Shown here piece after piece: positions 1 through 8,654 of a stretch of DNA of 61,467 bases; position 1 is the stretch's first letter, and every line of letters starts with the position of its first letter. The position numbers and the translations under genes were made by a program. The stretch comes from a virus (lineage: Duplodnaviria; Caudoviricetes): the IMG/VR virus record IMGVR_UViG_3300026125_000002, positions 1 through 61,467 of that record; one strand, given 5' to 3'. Below the pieces are notes generated by a model. That model was given only the letters and a program-made list of their open reading frames with translations. It was not told the origin of the DNA and searched no databases.

Positions 1-1071
1 ACGTGCTTCGTGATAACGCTTTGTAGGTGTTTCTAGGAACAACTCTTCAAATGATTCGTTTACATTTTTCTTAGAGAATTTCATACGATCCTGTTTCTTA
101 ATAGTAGGTAGTAGACGTTTAGCAATCTTATCAACTGCGGCTTGTCTAGCAATAACCTTCTTATCGATAATCATCTTTTCGCCTGCACTTAGCTTATCAT
201 ACTTAGCGCCTTTCTCGCCAGCTACTTTCTTACGTAGAATCTTGATAGCGGCTTTTCTAGCACGACCTTTAATCTGATCACTAGTAGCTAGTTTCTTAGA
301 TGCTTTCTTACGTGCTAGTGCAATCTTACGTGCGTACTTACGCATCACTAAACCACGCTTTCTACGTTGTTGATAGTCTAGTGCTTCACCAAGTAGGTCT
401 TCAGCTTCTAGCTCTTCTGCAATCTTCATACCAGAGCGGACCATATCATAGATTTCTTTTGCGGCTGGTACTAGCTTCTTAGGTAGACCTTTCTTGAATT
501 TTTCGAAGTCGCCTTCAGATGCAAGCTTACGCATGACAGATGCAGACATAGCATCGGCAGTCATAGACTTAGCTTCTTCAGAATCAGGATCAGCACGGTC
601 ACCAGCAGATACCACTTCAATGCTATCGAATGAGTAGTCTTTGCCGTTGTACTTGTTTAGTAGAGTATCAAATTCTTTAATGCGATCAGCACCAACAACA
701 AGAATAATCTTATTGTACTTGGCTTGAAGTTCTGCCATCGCTTGCATGATAGTTTTTGACTTAGACTTATGAATGATATTACCAAATGCTTTTTGGGCTA
801 GCATTACTTTATCATCATAAGATAGGGGATTCTTTTTGGCGTCTTGTGTATGAGTCAAGAACACGTGAGGAGTCGCACCTTGTTTACGTGCAATCTCTTT
901 GATCTTGTTTACAAGCTTTTCGTGACCAGAAGTGATTGGATTCATACGACCCCAACCAATTACAGCGGTGTCGCCTTTTGCTTCTTCTAGCTTAGGATTG
1001 ATCTCAATTGAGTTCTTAACAATAGCTTCTTCGCCAGACTTTTTGCTGGCTTTCTTCTTATCTTTTTCCAT
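1..1071 (-). CDS. HIGH-family nucleotidyltransferase (T4-like phage 'cytidyltransferase') with basic C-terminal region; runs off the window edge
   Basis: Not in the ORF track. Hand translation from ATG 1071 (SD GAGG) gives MEKDKKK...AVIGWGRMNPITSGHEKLV...KNPLSY...LVVGADRIKEF...VSAGDR...MSASVMRKLA, open to position 1. Confidence 0.85.
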   Translation of the reverse strand, partial: MEKDKKKASKKSGEEAIVKNSIEINPKLEEAKGDTAVIGWGRMNPITSGHEKLVNKIKEIARKQGATPHVFLTHTQDAKKNPLSYDDKVMLAQKAFGNIIHKSKSKTIMQAMAELQAKYNKIILVVGADRIKEFDTLLNKYNGKDYSFDSIEVVSAGDRADPDSEEAKSMTADAMSASVMRKLASEGDFEKFKKGLPKKLVPAAKEIYDMVRSGMKIAEELEAEDLLGEALDYQQRRKRGLVMRKYARKIALARKKASKKLATSDQIKGRARKAAIKILRKKVAGEKGAKYDKLSAGEKMIIDKKVIARQAAVDKIAKRLLPTIKKQDRMKFSKKNVNESFEELFLETPTKRYHEAR

Positions 1072-1119
1072 ATTTTCCTCTTAATCGTAGGTTTTCCGTG
1101 GACTTACTACTATTATGTC

Positions 1120-1127
1120 TATTTATA
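1120..1127 (-). promoter_or_regulatory. T4-type late promoter TATAAATA
   Basis: Exact gp55 consensus about 50 nt upstream of the nucleotidyltransferase ATG. Confidence 0.75.
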
Positions 1128-1130
1128 ATA

Positions 1131-1159
1131 TTGACAACCTTTAAGCTATCTGGTATAAT
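1131..1159 (+). promoter_or_regulatory. Consensus sigma70 promoter, antisense to the glycosyltransferase genes
   Basis: TTGACA-17-TATAAT with an extended -10 TG; no credible plus-strand ORF downstream. Confidence 0.6.
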
Positions 1160-1835
1160 ACTTCTTGAAGGAGTCTATAAACTCATAGTTTCGTACAGCA
1201 GATTTACCCCATATGGTTGATTCTCGTATCCATCCTATAGCAGGCGTAGGCGATACGATCTTTAGTGGTAGCTTAGTCTTTCTCTGTTTTCTAAGAAAGT
1301 AAGCATTATCGATACAACCAAGCACACCCCTTTCTTCAATCTCTTCTATCATCATTTGTGCAGTGCGCTTAGTGATTGCGTAGGCATGTGCTCCTTCGTG
1401 ACCATCAATGTCGATTAGTTCTTCTGGTCCACCAGCACTTGTATGATCATATTTAGTTGGGTCTTGTAACTTGTAACCGAGTACAGCAATTACACCATCA
1501 GGTATTTCAATATTTAGATTATGTAGCATGAGTGCATCATGTTCTAAAATGATACCCACATCTTCATTACCTTCTGCGATAGCTTTCCAAATCTTACCGT
1601 GTCCAGCGCTACACAAGTCGCCTTTACTGATACGCTTTTCTTTATCAACTTTCTCTTGACCAAACTTCATGGGTATACCAGTTAGCAACCAAGCGGCTCT
1701 TGCTTTCATATCTTGATAGCCAGCAAAGTATTCCCAGTTCTCGTTTACTCTGTCACAGGAATCAGATGCATCTTTAGCATACTCAATAGAGATCGGATTG
1801 TCGATACGTAGTATGTAGACTTTCTTACTCTGCAT
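1146..1835 (-). CDS. Glycosyltransferase family 25-like protein
   Basis: CSAGHGKIWK, IILEHDA and GAHAYAIT..TA motifs; start MQSKKVYI is coupled to the upstream stop (TAATG). Confidence 0.8.
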   Translation of the reverse strand: MQSKKVYILRIDNPISIEYAKDASDSCDRVNENWEYFAGYQDMKARAAWLLTGIPMKFGQEKVDKEKRISKGDLCSAGHGKIWKAIAEGNEDVGIILEHDALMLHNLNIEIPDGVIAVLGYKLQDPTKYDHTSAGGPEELIDIDGHEGAHAYAITKRTAQMMIEEIEERGVLGCIDNAYFLRKQRKTKLPLKIVSPTPAIGWIRESTIWGKSAVRNYEFIDSFKKYYTR

Positions 1836-2482
1836 TATGCGCCTTCGCTGTAGTCTTTGCCGCCACCAGTCGAACCCCATAGCTGTTCTGCATAGACTTT
1901 GCCATCACCGTTATAGCGTGGTATGCGCTTGTCATAGTGATTAGGAATCAATGTATAAGAAGGCCATATAGTAATGTCTTGTGGATTGTGCTTTGCAATC
2001 ATATTCTTCAACCACTCATTACCGGTAGACTTCCAGACTTGATTGCTTAGCTGTCTAGGTTCAAGTTTATGTAGTTCATCAATAATAGTCTTTAGAAAAG
2101 CATTACCAGGATTCGATGCCATAATAGGCGAAATGAAACCTTTTCGATATTGCTCTTGCTCATACACACTGTAGCAGAAATGTTCTGGAGAGTCAAATAG
2201 TTCATCGGTATTATGTAGACAAATTGCATCAGCAGGTGGCAAGAATCCACCTTCTTCGTAGAGTAGTTCATAGCGTACTAGATCGGCAACACCGTTAAAC
2301 TTTCCTCTGCGATAGTATTCGTCTATTAGGTGTTGATTATGAAACGTGCGATTCTTCAACATTTCGTCTGTGAAGATGTAGTAGTTCCAGTCTGGGTGTT
2401 TTTCTTTCCAAGTGTTCAACCACTTCACTGGTGCAGGTCTTGGGCCAACCCAAATGTGTATCATATTCTTTACAATGTTCAT
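1835..2482 (-). CDS. Glycosyltransferase family 32 (OCH1/DXD sugar-binding)-like protein
   Basis: IHIWVG, TWKEKHPDWNY and ADLVRYELLYEEGG..PADA motifs. Confidence 0.8.
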   Translation of the reverse strand: MNIVKNMIHIWVGPRPAPVKWLNTWKEKHPDWNYYIFTDEMLKNRTFHNQHLIDEYYRRGKFNGVADLVRYELLYEEGGFLPPADAICLHNTDELFDSPEHFCYSVYEQEQYRKGFISPIMASNPGNAFLKTIIDELHKLEPRQLSNQVWKSTGNEWLKNMIAKHNPQDITIWPSYTLIPNHYDKRIPRYNGDGKVYAEQLWGSTGGGKDYSEGA

Positions 2483-2503
2483 TATATGTTACATTCCCTA
2501 GAT

Positions 2504-2534
2504 AAAGAAAAAGGCGAGTCTAAGCCCGCCTTCT
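2504..2534 (-). terminator. Rho-independent terminator
   Basis: GGCGGG-CTTAGA-CTCGCC followed by TTTTTCTTT on the minus strand. Confidence 0.7.
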
Positions 2535-2554
2535 TAATGACTCAATTGTATTTA

Positions 2555-2713
2555 TCACACGTAATACATTGGCCCTTTATTCTGAAGGAACTTCTGTCTA
2601 CGCTCAAGTTCTTCGAGTGAAGACGAAGACGCTAGATATTTTTCTTCCCACTCACGCTGACGCTGTGCGCTAGATTTAAAGATTCCTTTGATAAAACTCT
2701 TTAACGCTTTCAT
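2555..2713 (-). CDS. 52-aa small protein, DUF3563-like
   Basis: Hand translation MKALKSFIKGIFKSSAQRQREWEEKYLASSSSLEELERRQKFLQNKGPMYYV; the E.YLA.S....ELERRQ pattern is recalled from DUF3563; ATGA overlap with the upstream gene. Confidence 0.65.
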   Translation of the reverse strand: MKALKSFIKGIFKSSAQRQREWEEKYLASSSSLEELERRQKFLQNKGPMYYV

Positions 2714-2856
2714 GCTAGTGTACCCTTCTTTAACTGTTCTTCAACATAATCTACTGTTTCGTTTGAGTATTCTACGTGTTGCAGGAGCATGGCAAGCTTT
2801 CTACGTGCTTGTCGTTCTCTTGACTGCATCATAGCTTTTACGATCTTCTTAAACAT
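2710..2856 (-). CDS. 48-aa small basic helical protein
   Basis: Hand translation MFKKIVKAMMQSRERQARRKLAMLLQHVEYSNETVDYVEEQLKKGTLA; SD GAGGG upstream; coupled to the next ORF. Confidence 0.65.
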   Translation of the reverse strand: MFKKIVKAMMQSRERQARRKLAMLLQHVEYSNETVDYVEEQLKKGTLA

Positions 2857-2976
2857 TTTACAGCCCTCTATAATTAACATCCCACATTATACGCATATTT
2901 ATCGAAAAGGTTCTATTTTTTGTCATACTTTAGTATGATATTTTGTAAACCCTGAGTTGCATTTATCTCATGCATT

Positions 2977-3000
2977 AAAAAAGGGGCCGAAGCCCCTTTG
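2977..3000 (-). terminator. Rho-independent terminator
   Basis: GGGGC-TTCG-GCCCC followed by TTTTTT, just after the stop at 3015. Confidence 0.85.
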
Positions 3001-3014
3001 TCAGTGTGAATAGA

Positions 3015-4289
3015 TTATCGTTGTTCTACCCAGTTAATTGTACCATGTGCGGTTTTATTACCAACACTACTAGCAACCTGTAAAGTCCAAATATCGCTTG
3101 CAGTTCCCATATTAGTTCTGCCTAATTGATATGTAGCATGGCCGTTCAGTTCCATGGCACCTGGGTTTGTACCACCTGGAACAAAACCACTATTAATTGC
3201 AGTACCACCAGAAACACCAGTAGCACTTGTGTCATATTCTACAACGCTGTCTGCAATAGAATGTGGTGTCCAAACTGCTCCAGTTAAAGTAGCATTTCGA
3301 GTAAGTCTATAGTGCAAAAGAGTATTATCGGAAGTAGCAATAGCAAAATATGTTGGAATTACAACGGAATTTAATTTATCTGATTGTATTCTTATACTAA
3401 TAACAGGATACCAAGTGTCGGCAACTGACAATGTTTTACCTTCTAATGGAGTAATTACATTTCTGCTAATACCTTGATCCATAGCTTCGCCTTCTTCCAC
3501 TTGAGAGGCACTATATTGTTCCATATACCACGTGCCTGAACCAGCACTAACATTAGTTAGTTCAAGACGTATAGGTAAGAATGGTGTTGCAGACCAAGTG
3601 CTATCGAACATATTACCATGATAAAATTCATGGACTACAATGTAATAGTTTTCAATTACAAATCCAACATTTACTTGCCCGGCTCCATACCATTCATAGT
3701 CTAGAACAATCATTTGAACCTTAGATAGATCCAAAGTTGCTTTAGAAGAGCCAACACCATTAAGTTTATCTCTGTTCCAGTCGCTTTGTCTAACTCTACG
3801 CTCAACAGGCGTACCAGATACACTTGATCTGATAACTGCCCAGAGTTCTGTTCCATCTGACTCAAAAAATACACCATTATTTTCGTCAAAAATGCCTGCT
3901 CTTTTTCTTAATCCTGGAACATGCCCTTTAAAGTTTAAAGCAATAGAAATTTGTGTACCACGACTCGGAGTGTATCGCATAACATTTCTTGTTTGACGAA
4001 TAACTTCATCACCAGTTTCAAATACTCCTAAATGAACGTGTCTACCATCTGGATCCCATTCACCTACACCAGTACCCACAACAGCTTCATCCCAAGCGCT
4101 AGGTGATTTGTCATATTGGAAAGTGCTAAAAAAGTTAGTAGTTATATTACTAACTCTTAATCTATTCTTTTGTGTAAATGTTGGCCTAAATTCAGCGACA
4201 CCACCTCGCTGATTTCCCAACATAACTACTTCCATTCTAGAATCTGTACTACCATCTAATGATAGTAAATCACTTCTAAATTGAGCCAT
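3015..4289 (-). CDS. Beta-rich hypothetical protein, probably virion-associated; paralogue of 4310..5644
   Basis: 424-aa ORF with SD AGGAG; motifs RYTPSRG and LDYEWYGAG are shared with the neighbour. Confidence 0.6.
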   Translation of the reverse strand: MAQFRSDLLSLDGSTDSRMEVVMLGNQRGGVAEFRPTFTQKNRLRVSNITTNFFSTFQYDKSPSAWDEAVVGTGVGEWDPDGRHVHLGVFETGDEVIRQTRNVMRYTPSRGTQISIALNFKGHVPGLRKRAGIFDENNGVFFESDGTELWAVIRSSVSGTPVERRVRQSDWNRDKLNGVGSSKATLDLSKVQMIVLDYEWYGAGQVNVGFVIENYYIVVHEFYHGNMFDSTWSATPFLPIRLELTNVSAGSGTWYMEQYSASQVEEGEAMDQGISRNVITPLEGKTLSVADTWYPVISIRIQSDKLNSVVIPTYFAIATSDNTLLHYRLTRNATLTGAVWTPHSIADSVVEYDTSATGVSGGTAINSGFVPGGTNPGAMELNGHATYQLGRTNMGTASDIWTLQVASSVGNKTAHGTINWVEQR

Positions 4290-4309
4290 AGTCTTATATT
4301 CTCCTTATA

Positions 4310-5644
4310 TTATAACTGTTCCGAGAAGTAAAGCGTAGCGGCATATAATTGCGATGTACTCTGTAGACCAGTGCCAGATATAATTAAGATATCACCGGGT
4401 GTGATAATAAAATCAGAAGTTTTAGAATCATTTGTAACATAAGTCTTTGAGTCTTTAGCACTAAAGGTTGCCAATATTTGCGAGAAACCAGCTTTATCTG
4501 TTTGGAACGCAGTATTAAGAGCTCCAGCAGCATCACCATTTAATTGTAGCATACGTGAGTCTGGTATAGAATTCCAAGTTAATGCATCTACGGTAGGCGC
4601 AGCATAATCACGTGCCACGTAAACTTTAGTCATAGTATCAGCACTAGCACAGAAAACAGCTAATTTATCCATAATTGCGCCACGTGAATTGAACACAGTT
4701 TCACTGTTGTATGTTAAAGTTCTAGGTACTTTTATAGCAAGAACAGCGGTATCAACATCTGCGTTTCCTAGTGCTACTAAATCATTACCAGAATTTATAG
4801 AATTAAATAGCGTAGATTCTTCTTCACCGCCTTCAGATGCTACATCGACACATCCGCAAAGTAATTCAACTTCAGTACCTTCTTCTGTACAAATAGCATC
4901 AAAGTAAACTGGCAAAGCTGGATCATTAATAGAAAGAGATTCTAGTGTACCAGTAAGTTCATCTGTATATACTAGTTCTAAATCGACAAACACATAGTAA
5001 TTACCTACGCCACGCCATTGGAATTGAATGTCGTATACGTGACCTTTGCTTGGGTCAAAATCAGCAGGCAAGAATGGTTTTAAAGATACATCAGTTTGTA
5101 CTACAGTACCCTTGCGTCTTGTGAATCTTAAATCCCAATCAGCGCCGTCACCGATCAATTGAAATTCTACACCATTATGTGCTGTACCAAGACCAAACTC
5201 ACGGATACCAGAGGCTGTCGGATTTGGTAGAATTATCGCAGTACTAAACAACTGACCACGATTAGGCTGATAACGAACAAAGTTCTTAGTTTTAACTACG
5301 TGTCCTGCGCCAGCAGATGTACCAGAAAGAACAGATAACATTCTATCGCTTGATCGAATGTAAGTATTATCAATAGGCTTTTGAACTGGATTATAACCAG
5401 GAGTGTTATCAATATCTACTTGTTCCCAAACACGATTTGGAACGTTAAACGTAAATGTAGCAGAGAACAATGAGTGATCCATCACAGCTTTAGGTCTACC
5501 CCAAGCATCTAATGAGTATCGTGAATGTCCACCTCTGCCTGATCCAGGACCGACGTTACCGTTAGGGTCGCCGATCATTACTGTTTCATAGAGAGTCGTA
5601 TTATTCTCTAAGAATGTTTGATTTTGTCTATTATACTGTGCCAT
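4310..5644 (-). CDS. Beta-rich hypothetical protein, probably virion-associated; paralogue of 3015..4289
   Basis: 444-aa ORF; MAQY start; motifs RYQPNRG and IQFQWRGVG. Confidence 0.6.
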   Translation of the reverse strand: MAQYNRQNQTFLENNTTLYETVMIGDPNGNVGPGSGRGGHSRYSLDAWGRPKAVMDHSLFSATFTFNVPNRVWEQVDIDNTPGYNPVQKPIDNTYIRSSDRMLSVLSGTSAGAGHVVKTKNFVRYQPNRGQLFSTAIILPNPTASGIREFGLGTAHNGVEFQLIGDGADWDLRFTRRKGTVVQTDVSLKPFLPADFDPSKGHVYDIQFQWRGVGNYYVFVDLELVYTDELTGTLESLSINDPALPVYFDAICTEEGTEVELLCGCVDVASEGGEEESTLFNSINSGNDLVALGNADVDTAVLAIKVPRTLTYNSETVFNSRGAIMDKLAVFCASADTMTKVYVARDYAAPTVDALTWNSIPDSRMLQLNGDAAGALNTAFQTDKAGFSQILATFSAKDSKTYVTNDSKTSDFIITPGDILIISGTGLQSTSQLYAATLYFSEQL

Positions 5645-5645
5645 G

Positions 5646-5870
5646 TTACACCTGTGCTAAGTTGTCGTAATAAGTCTTGTCTAGTTCGCCAACAGATGTA
5701 GGTTCAGATATTTTTCTACATTTGATATATGTCTCACGTGTAATACTACCTATTGTATATGTGCGAACGCCTGCCGTTATTGTTCCAGGGCTATCTGGAT
5801 ATGTATCTGATCGAGTAGCAGTATCTTCATACTCCCACTCAGAATTGCCTGGTACTGGTAGCCATGCCAT
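5646..5870 (-). CDS. Small hypothetical protein
   Basis: MAWLPVPGNSEWEYE...; TAATG coupling with the upstream gene. Confidence 0.6.
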   Translation of the reverse strand: MAWLPVPGNSEWEYEDTATRSDTYPDSPGTITAGVRTYTIGSITRETYIKCRKISEPTSVGELDKTYYDNLAQV

Positions 5871-7120
5871 TATCGTTGCCATCCTTTGATTATATCTTGT
5901 GAGAAGTTAGCATTGCTAAATTGTAATCTATCGACAAGCTTAACTGCATTCTTACCCATATGATCAATAGCAACAAAGCCTTCTTGCTCAGTTACTTTAA
6001 AGCCATCAGCAGTCTTTAAGAATGTACCAACGTTTTTAGCTTTGTCAAGCTTCCTTACTATAATCAACTTAGCATCGATGATTAGATTATACAAATCAAA
6101 CAAAGCAACGATTTGAGATTTGGGTACATTAGAGAAGTATGCCATAACCTCTTTACGCTTGGCTTCTTTGCCAGCTTTACCCCTTTCAGTTTTTAGCTTA
6201 TCAATATCTTTCTGATAAACATTATAAATGTAGTCCATCAATTCGTCAACGAATCGACTAGTGTTAATGATCTTTTCACCTTGACGAACTTTAGTGTTAA
6301 CAAACGTCTTCATTCTAGTCTGCAATTCAGAGTTAGCTAGAATACCCTCGAAGGTAGGACGCTTGATTGTATTGAATAGTTTACCTGCATTGGATAGTAC
6401 TTTAGTGATCTGATCAGTCTCTTTTTCAGTGAAAGTAGCATTACCAGATACGTCTTTGTACATTGCATCTACTGACCAGACGCCTGACGTTTCTTTGAGT
6501 TTGCTTGCGATCTCCTTTCCAAAACTCGCAGACATTGATTCAAAACTATCTCCTCGGTATGTTGTGTGCCATACCACACCGATTTCGGATCGTTGAATTC
6601 TTTTTGCAAGTTCACTTTTTGCAGGTATAGCGTAAACAATCGTATTAGGATGGAAAGTAATATATTGCTCTCCATCGATAGTTTCTTTGCGTAAATCTTC
6701 TTTAGAGTAGAGGAAATCACCTTGTACAACTCCTTCAATTCCTAGCGAAGGCAAATGCTTCAGCGCTAGTTTCATCTTCTTGTTTAAATCACCGCTTGCG
6801 ATATCAGCATCAATATCAGCAGGAGTCTTGTATACTTTAGGGTTCTTGTTAAAGATACCCTTCTTAGCAACAAAGAATTTACCGTCAGATGGATCGACAC
6901 CAGCAAATACAGCAGGCGCACCGTCCCATTTAACAGTCACATTAACTTTACTATTTGAGTTACCAGCTAACATATCACGTAGAGAGCGCAGATAGTTGAT
7001 AGCTTGTCTAGCACCGTCTACACCTAGATTCAAGATAGAATCTTCTAGGTGTTCCATGTGAACGTTTTTCTCTTCTGCTAGTAGAGCTTGTTCTGTAATG
7101 AATGAAGTTAGACGTTTCAC
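5870..7120 (-). CDS. Conserved T4-like phage protein (DUF6267-like) with ligase-type nucleotidyltransferase motifs and a capsid-targeting-like N-terminus
   Basis: GTG start; N-terminus (M)KRLTSFITE; motifs TVKWDGAP, VQGDFLY, EGFV and VKLVDR. Confidence 0.7.
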   Translation of the reverse strand: MKRLTSFITEQALLAEEKNVHMEHLEDSILNLGVDGARQAINYLRSLRDMLAGNSNSKVNVTVKWDGAPAVFAGVDPSDGKFFVAKKGIFNKNPKVYKTPADIDADIASGDLNKKMKLALKHLPSLGIEGVVQGDFLYSKEDLRKETIDGEQYITFHPNTIVYAIPAKSELAKRIQRSEIGVVWHTTYRGDSFESMSASFGKEIASKLKETSGVWSVDAMYKDVSGNATFTEKETDQITKVLSNAGKLFNTIKRPTFEGILANSELQTRMKTFVNTKVRQGEKIINTSRFVDELMDYIYNVYQKDIDKLKTERGKAGKEAKRKEVMAYFSNVPKSQIVALFDLYNLIIDAKLIIVRKLDKAKNVGTFLKTADGFKVTEQEGFVAIDHMGKNAVKLVDRLQFSNANFSQDIIKGWQR

Positions 7121-7130
7121 GTATGCTTCC

Positions 7131-8207
7131 TTAAAACTTAATCTTTAGACCAACACGTGTTGAGCCGCTAGACGCACCACCATATGTAGCTAGAACGAAA
7201 CTTGTAAACTTAGGTAGTTCTGGCATTTTTAGAACGTTACCTGAAGACCCACCACCAACGTAGTAAATTTCAAAGTTGTCGTTAGACCTATTGTGAACAA
7301 CAAAGTAATCATCACCACCCTCTTTAAAATGATCGATTATAACTTGACGCATGTGTGCAAGAATGGTAGTGTCGGTGATAGCAAACTCATTAGGCAGTTT
7401 ACCAGATTTAACCACACCTTCATCGCCAGCTAGTCCAATCTTAGGATCACGTGATTTGAAGAAGTCGATAAGCCCAATGAAAGAGCTTTCAAACTTTTCT
7501 CTACGCATTAGATCAGCTACTTTGCCTTCTTTAACTTTCAAGTCTTTTATGTATACGTCTGCAATATCTTCAATGATATCTGGTTTACGACCAGTACGCT
7601 TAACAGACTTGTCAAAGAATGTGATTGGTGCCGATCTATTGTTGGTACCTTTAATCTCAAACTGAGTACGCTTCTTAGCAATCGTCATTTCAAGGTCTGG
7701 TCGAGTGGATCCCGGACGTGCAGTTTTAAACTCAGTCTCTACTTCGATACCTTTACTATATGCGATATCTTTTACGTGTTGAGCAACCATGTCTTGAGTC
7801 TTAGAACCAGCACCAACACGACCCTGACTGTTACCAGCAGGCTTAACTACAGCACTAATCGCCACATACCCATCTGGCTTTTGATCATATCCTTTCAAAG
7901 AGACAGGTGCAAGAACTGATCTACGTGTGATACCAAACTCGCTTGAACGATGTAATGTAGCTGGTAGAGTAAAGAATACACGTTCGCCTTTTTTAAGTTG
8001 CTTTACGATATCACCTTTCTCATTGTACATAGGAGTAGGCTTATCGGTAGTGAATCCTTCTTTGAATTTGTAGTTGTTTAGCTCAGTTGGTACGTATGTA
8101 GTACGTTCACCTGCACCACTAAACTCACGATTGTTACCTACATTAGCAGGAAAGTTTTTAGCAGAGAATGTAGCCACTTCTGTAAGATATCCTTTAAAAG
8201 ATTTCAT
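7131..8207 (-). CDS. Putative internal head protein with PD-(D/E)xK nuclease motif
   Basis: N-terminus MKSFKGYLTE; motif RPDL...QFEIKG; late promoter upstream; alternative start at 8219. Confidence 0.65.
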   Translation of the reverse strand: MKSFKGYLTEVATFSAKNFPANVGNNREFSGAGERTTYVPTELNNYKFKEGFTTDKPTPMYNEKGDIVKQLKKGERVFFTLPATLHRSSEFGITRRSVLAPVSLKGYDQKPDGYVAISAVVKPAGNSQGRVGAGSKTQDMVAQHVKDIAYSKGIEVETEFKTARPGSTRPDLEMTIAKKRTQFEIKGTNNRSAPITFFDKSVKRTGRKPDIIEDIADVYIKDLKVKEGKVADLMRREKFESSFIGLIDFFKSRDPKIGLAGDEGVVKSGKLPNEFAITDTTILAHMRQVIIDHFKEGGDDYFVVHNRSNDNFEIYYVGGGSSGNVLKMPELPKFTSFVLATYGGASSGSTRVGLKIKF

Positions 8208-8243
8208 TGAATTATCCATATTGCTTATTGATAGTAATATACT

Positions 8244-8251
8244 TATTTATA
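8244..8251 (-). promoter_or_regulatory. T4-type late promoter TATAAATA
   Basis: Exact consensus heading the 8207->3015 gene run. Confidence 0.75.
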
Positions 8252-8280
8252 AAAAGCAAGAGGAAGACTAAGCTTCCTCT
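8252..8280 (-). terminator. Probable terminator
   Basis: AGAGGAAG-CTTAGT-CTTCCTCT followed by TGCTTTTT, overlapping the stop of 8268..8654. Confidence 0.5.
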
Positions 8281-8654
8281 GTATTTTCGATAGGCTCTGG
8301 ATCACCAAATAGATCAAACATCGAAGGCGCAGGTTCACCTCTAATGTCACGTGCTACCATCATCAAGCAATTAGGAAAGTTCTGATAGTCATCCTCATTG
8401 TCTATCACTACGTAATTATTCTCTTCTTGCTTACTGTCAGTGATAATAAGATTACCATTGACAAAGAACACGCTAACGTCACGAATCGGGTTCTGATAGT
8501 TTTCAATCTCAGTATTACCCAAATGACCTTGCTCAACCATTTCTTCAATGTAATCATGTAAAGCAAGTATAGTTTCATCATCCTGTATCACGACCTTATG
8601 TGTTTCTTCATCATTCATAAGTGTGAGTACGTCATCATTATAATCAAATATCAT
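8268..8654 (-). CDS. Acidic hypothetical protein
   Basis: 128-aa ORF tiling with its neighbours; no family recognised. Confidence 0.65.
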   Translation of the reverse strand: MIFDYNDDVLTLMNDEETHKVVIQDDETILALHDYIEEMVEQGHLGNTEIENYQNPIRDVSVFFVNGNLIITDSKQEENNYVVIDNEDDYQNFPNCLMMVARDIRGEPAPSMFDLFGDPEPIENTEEA

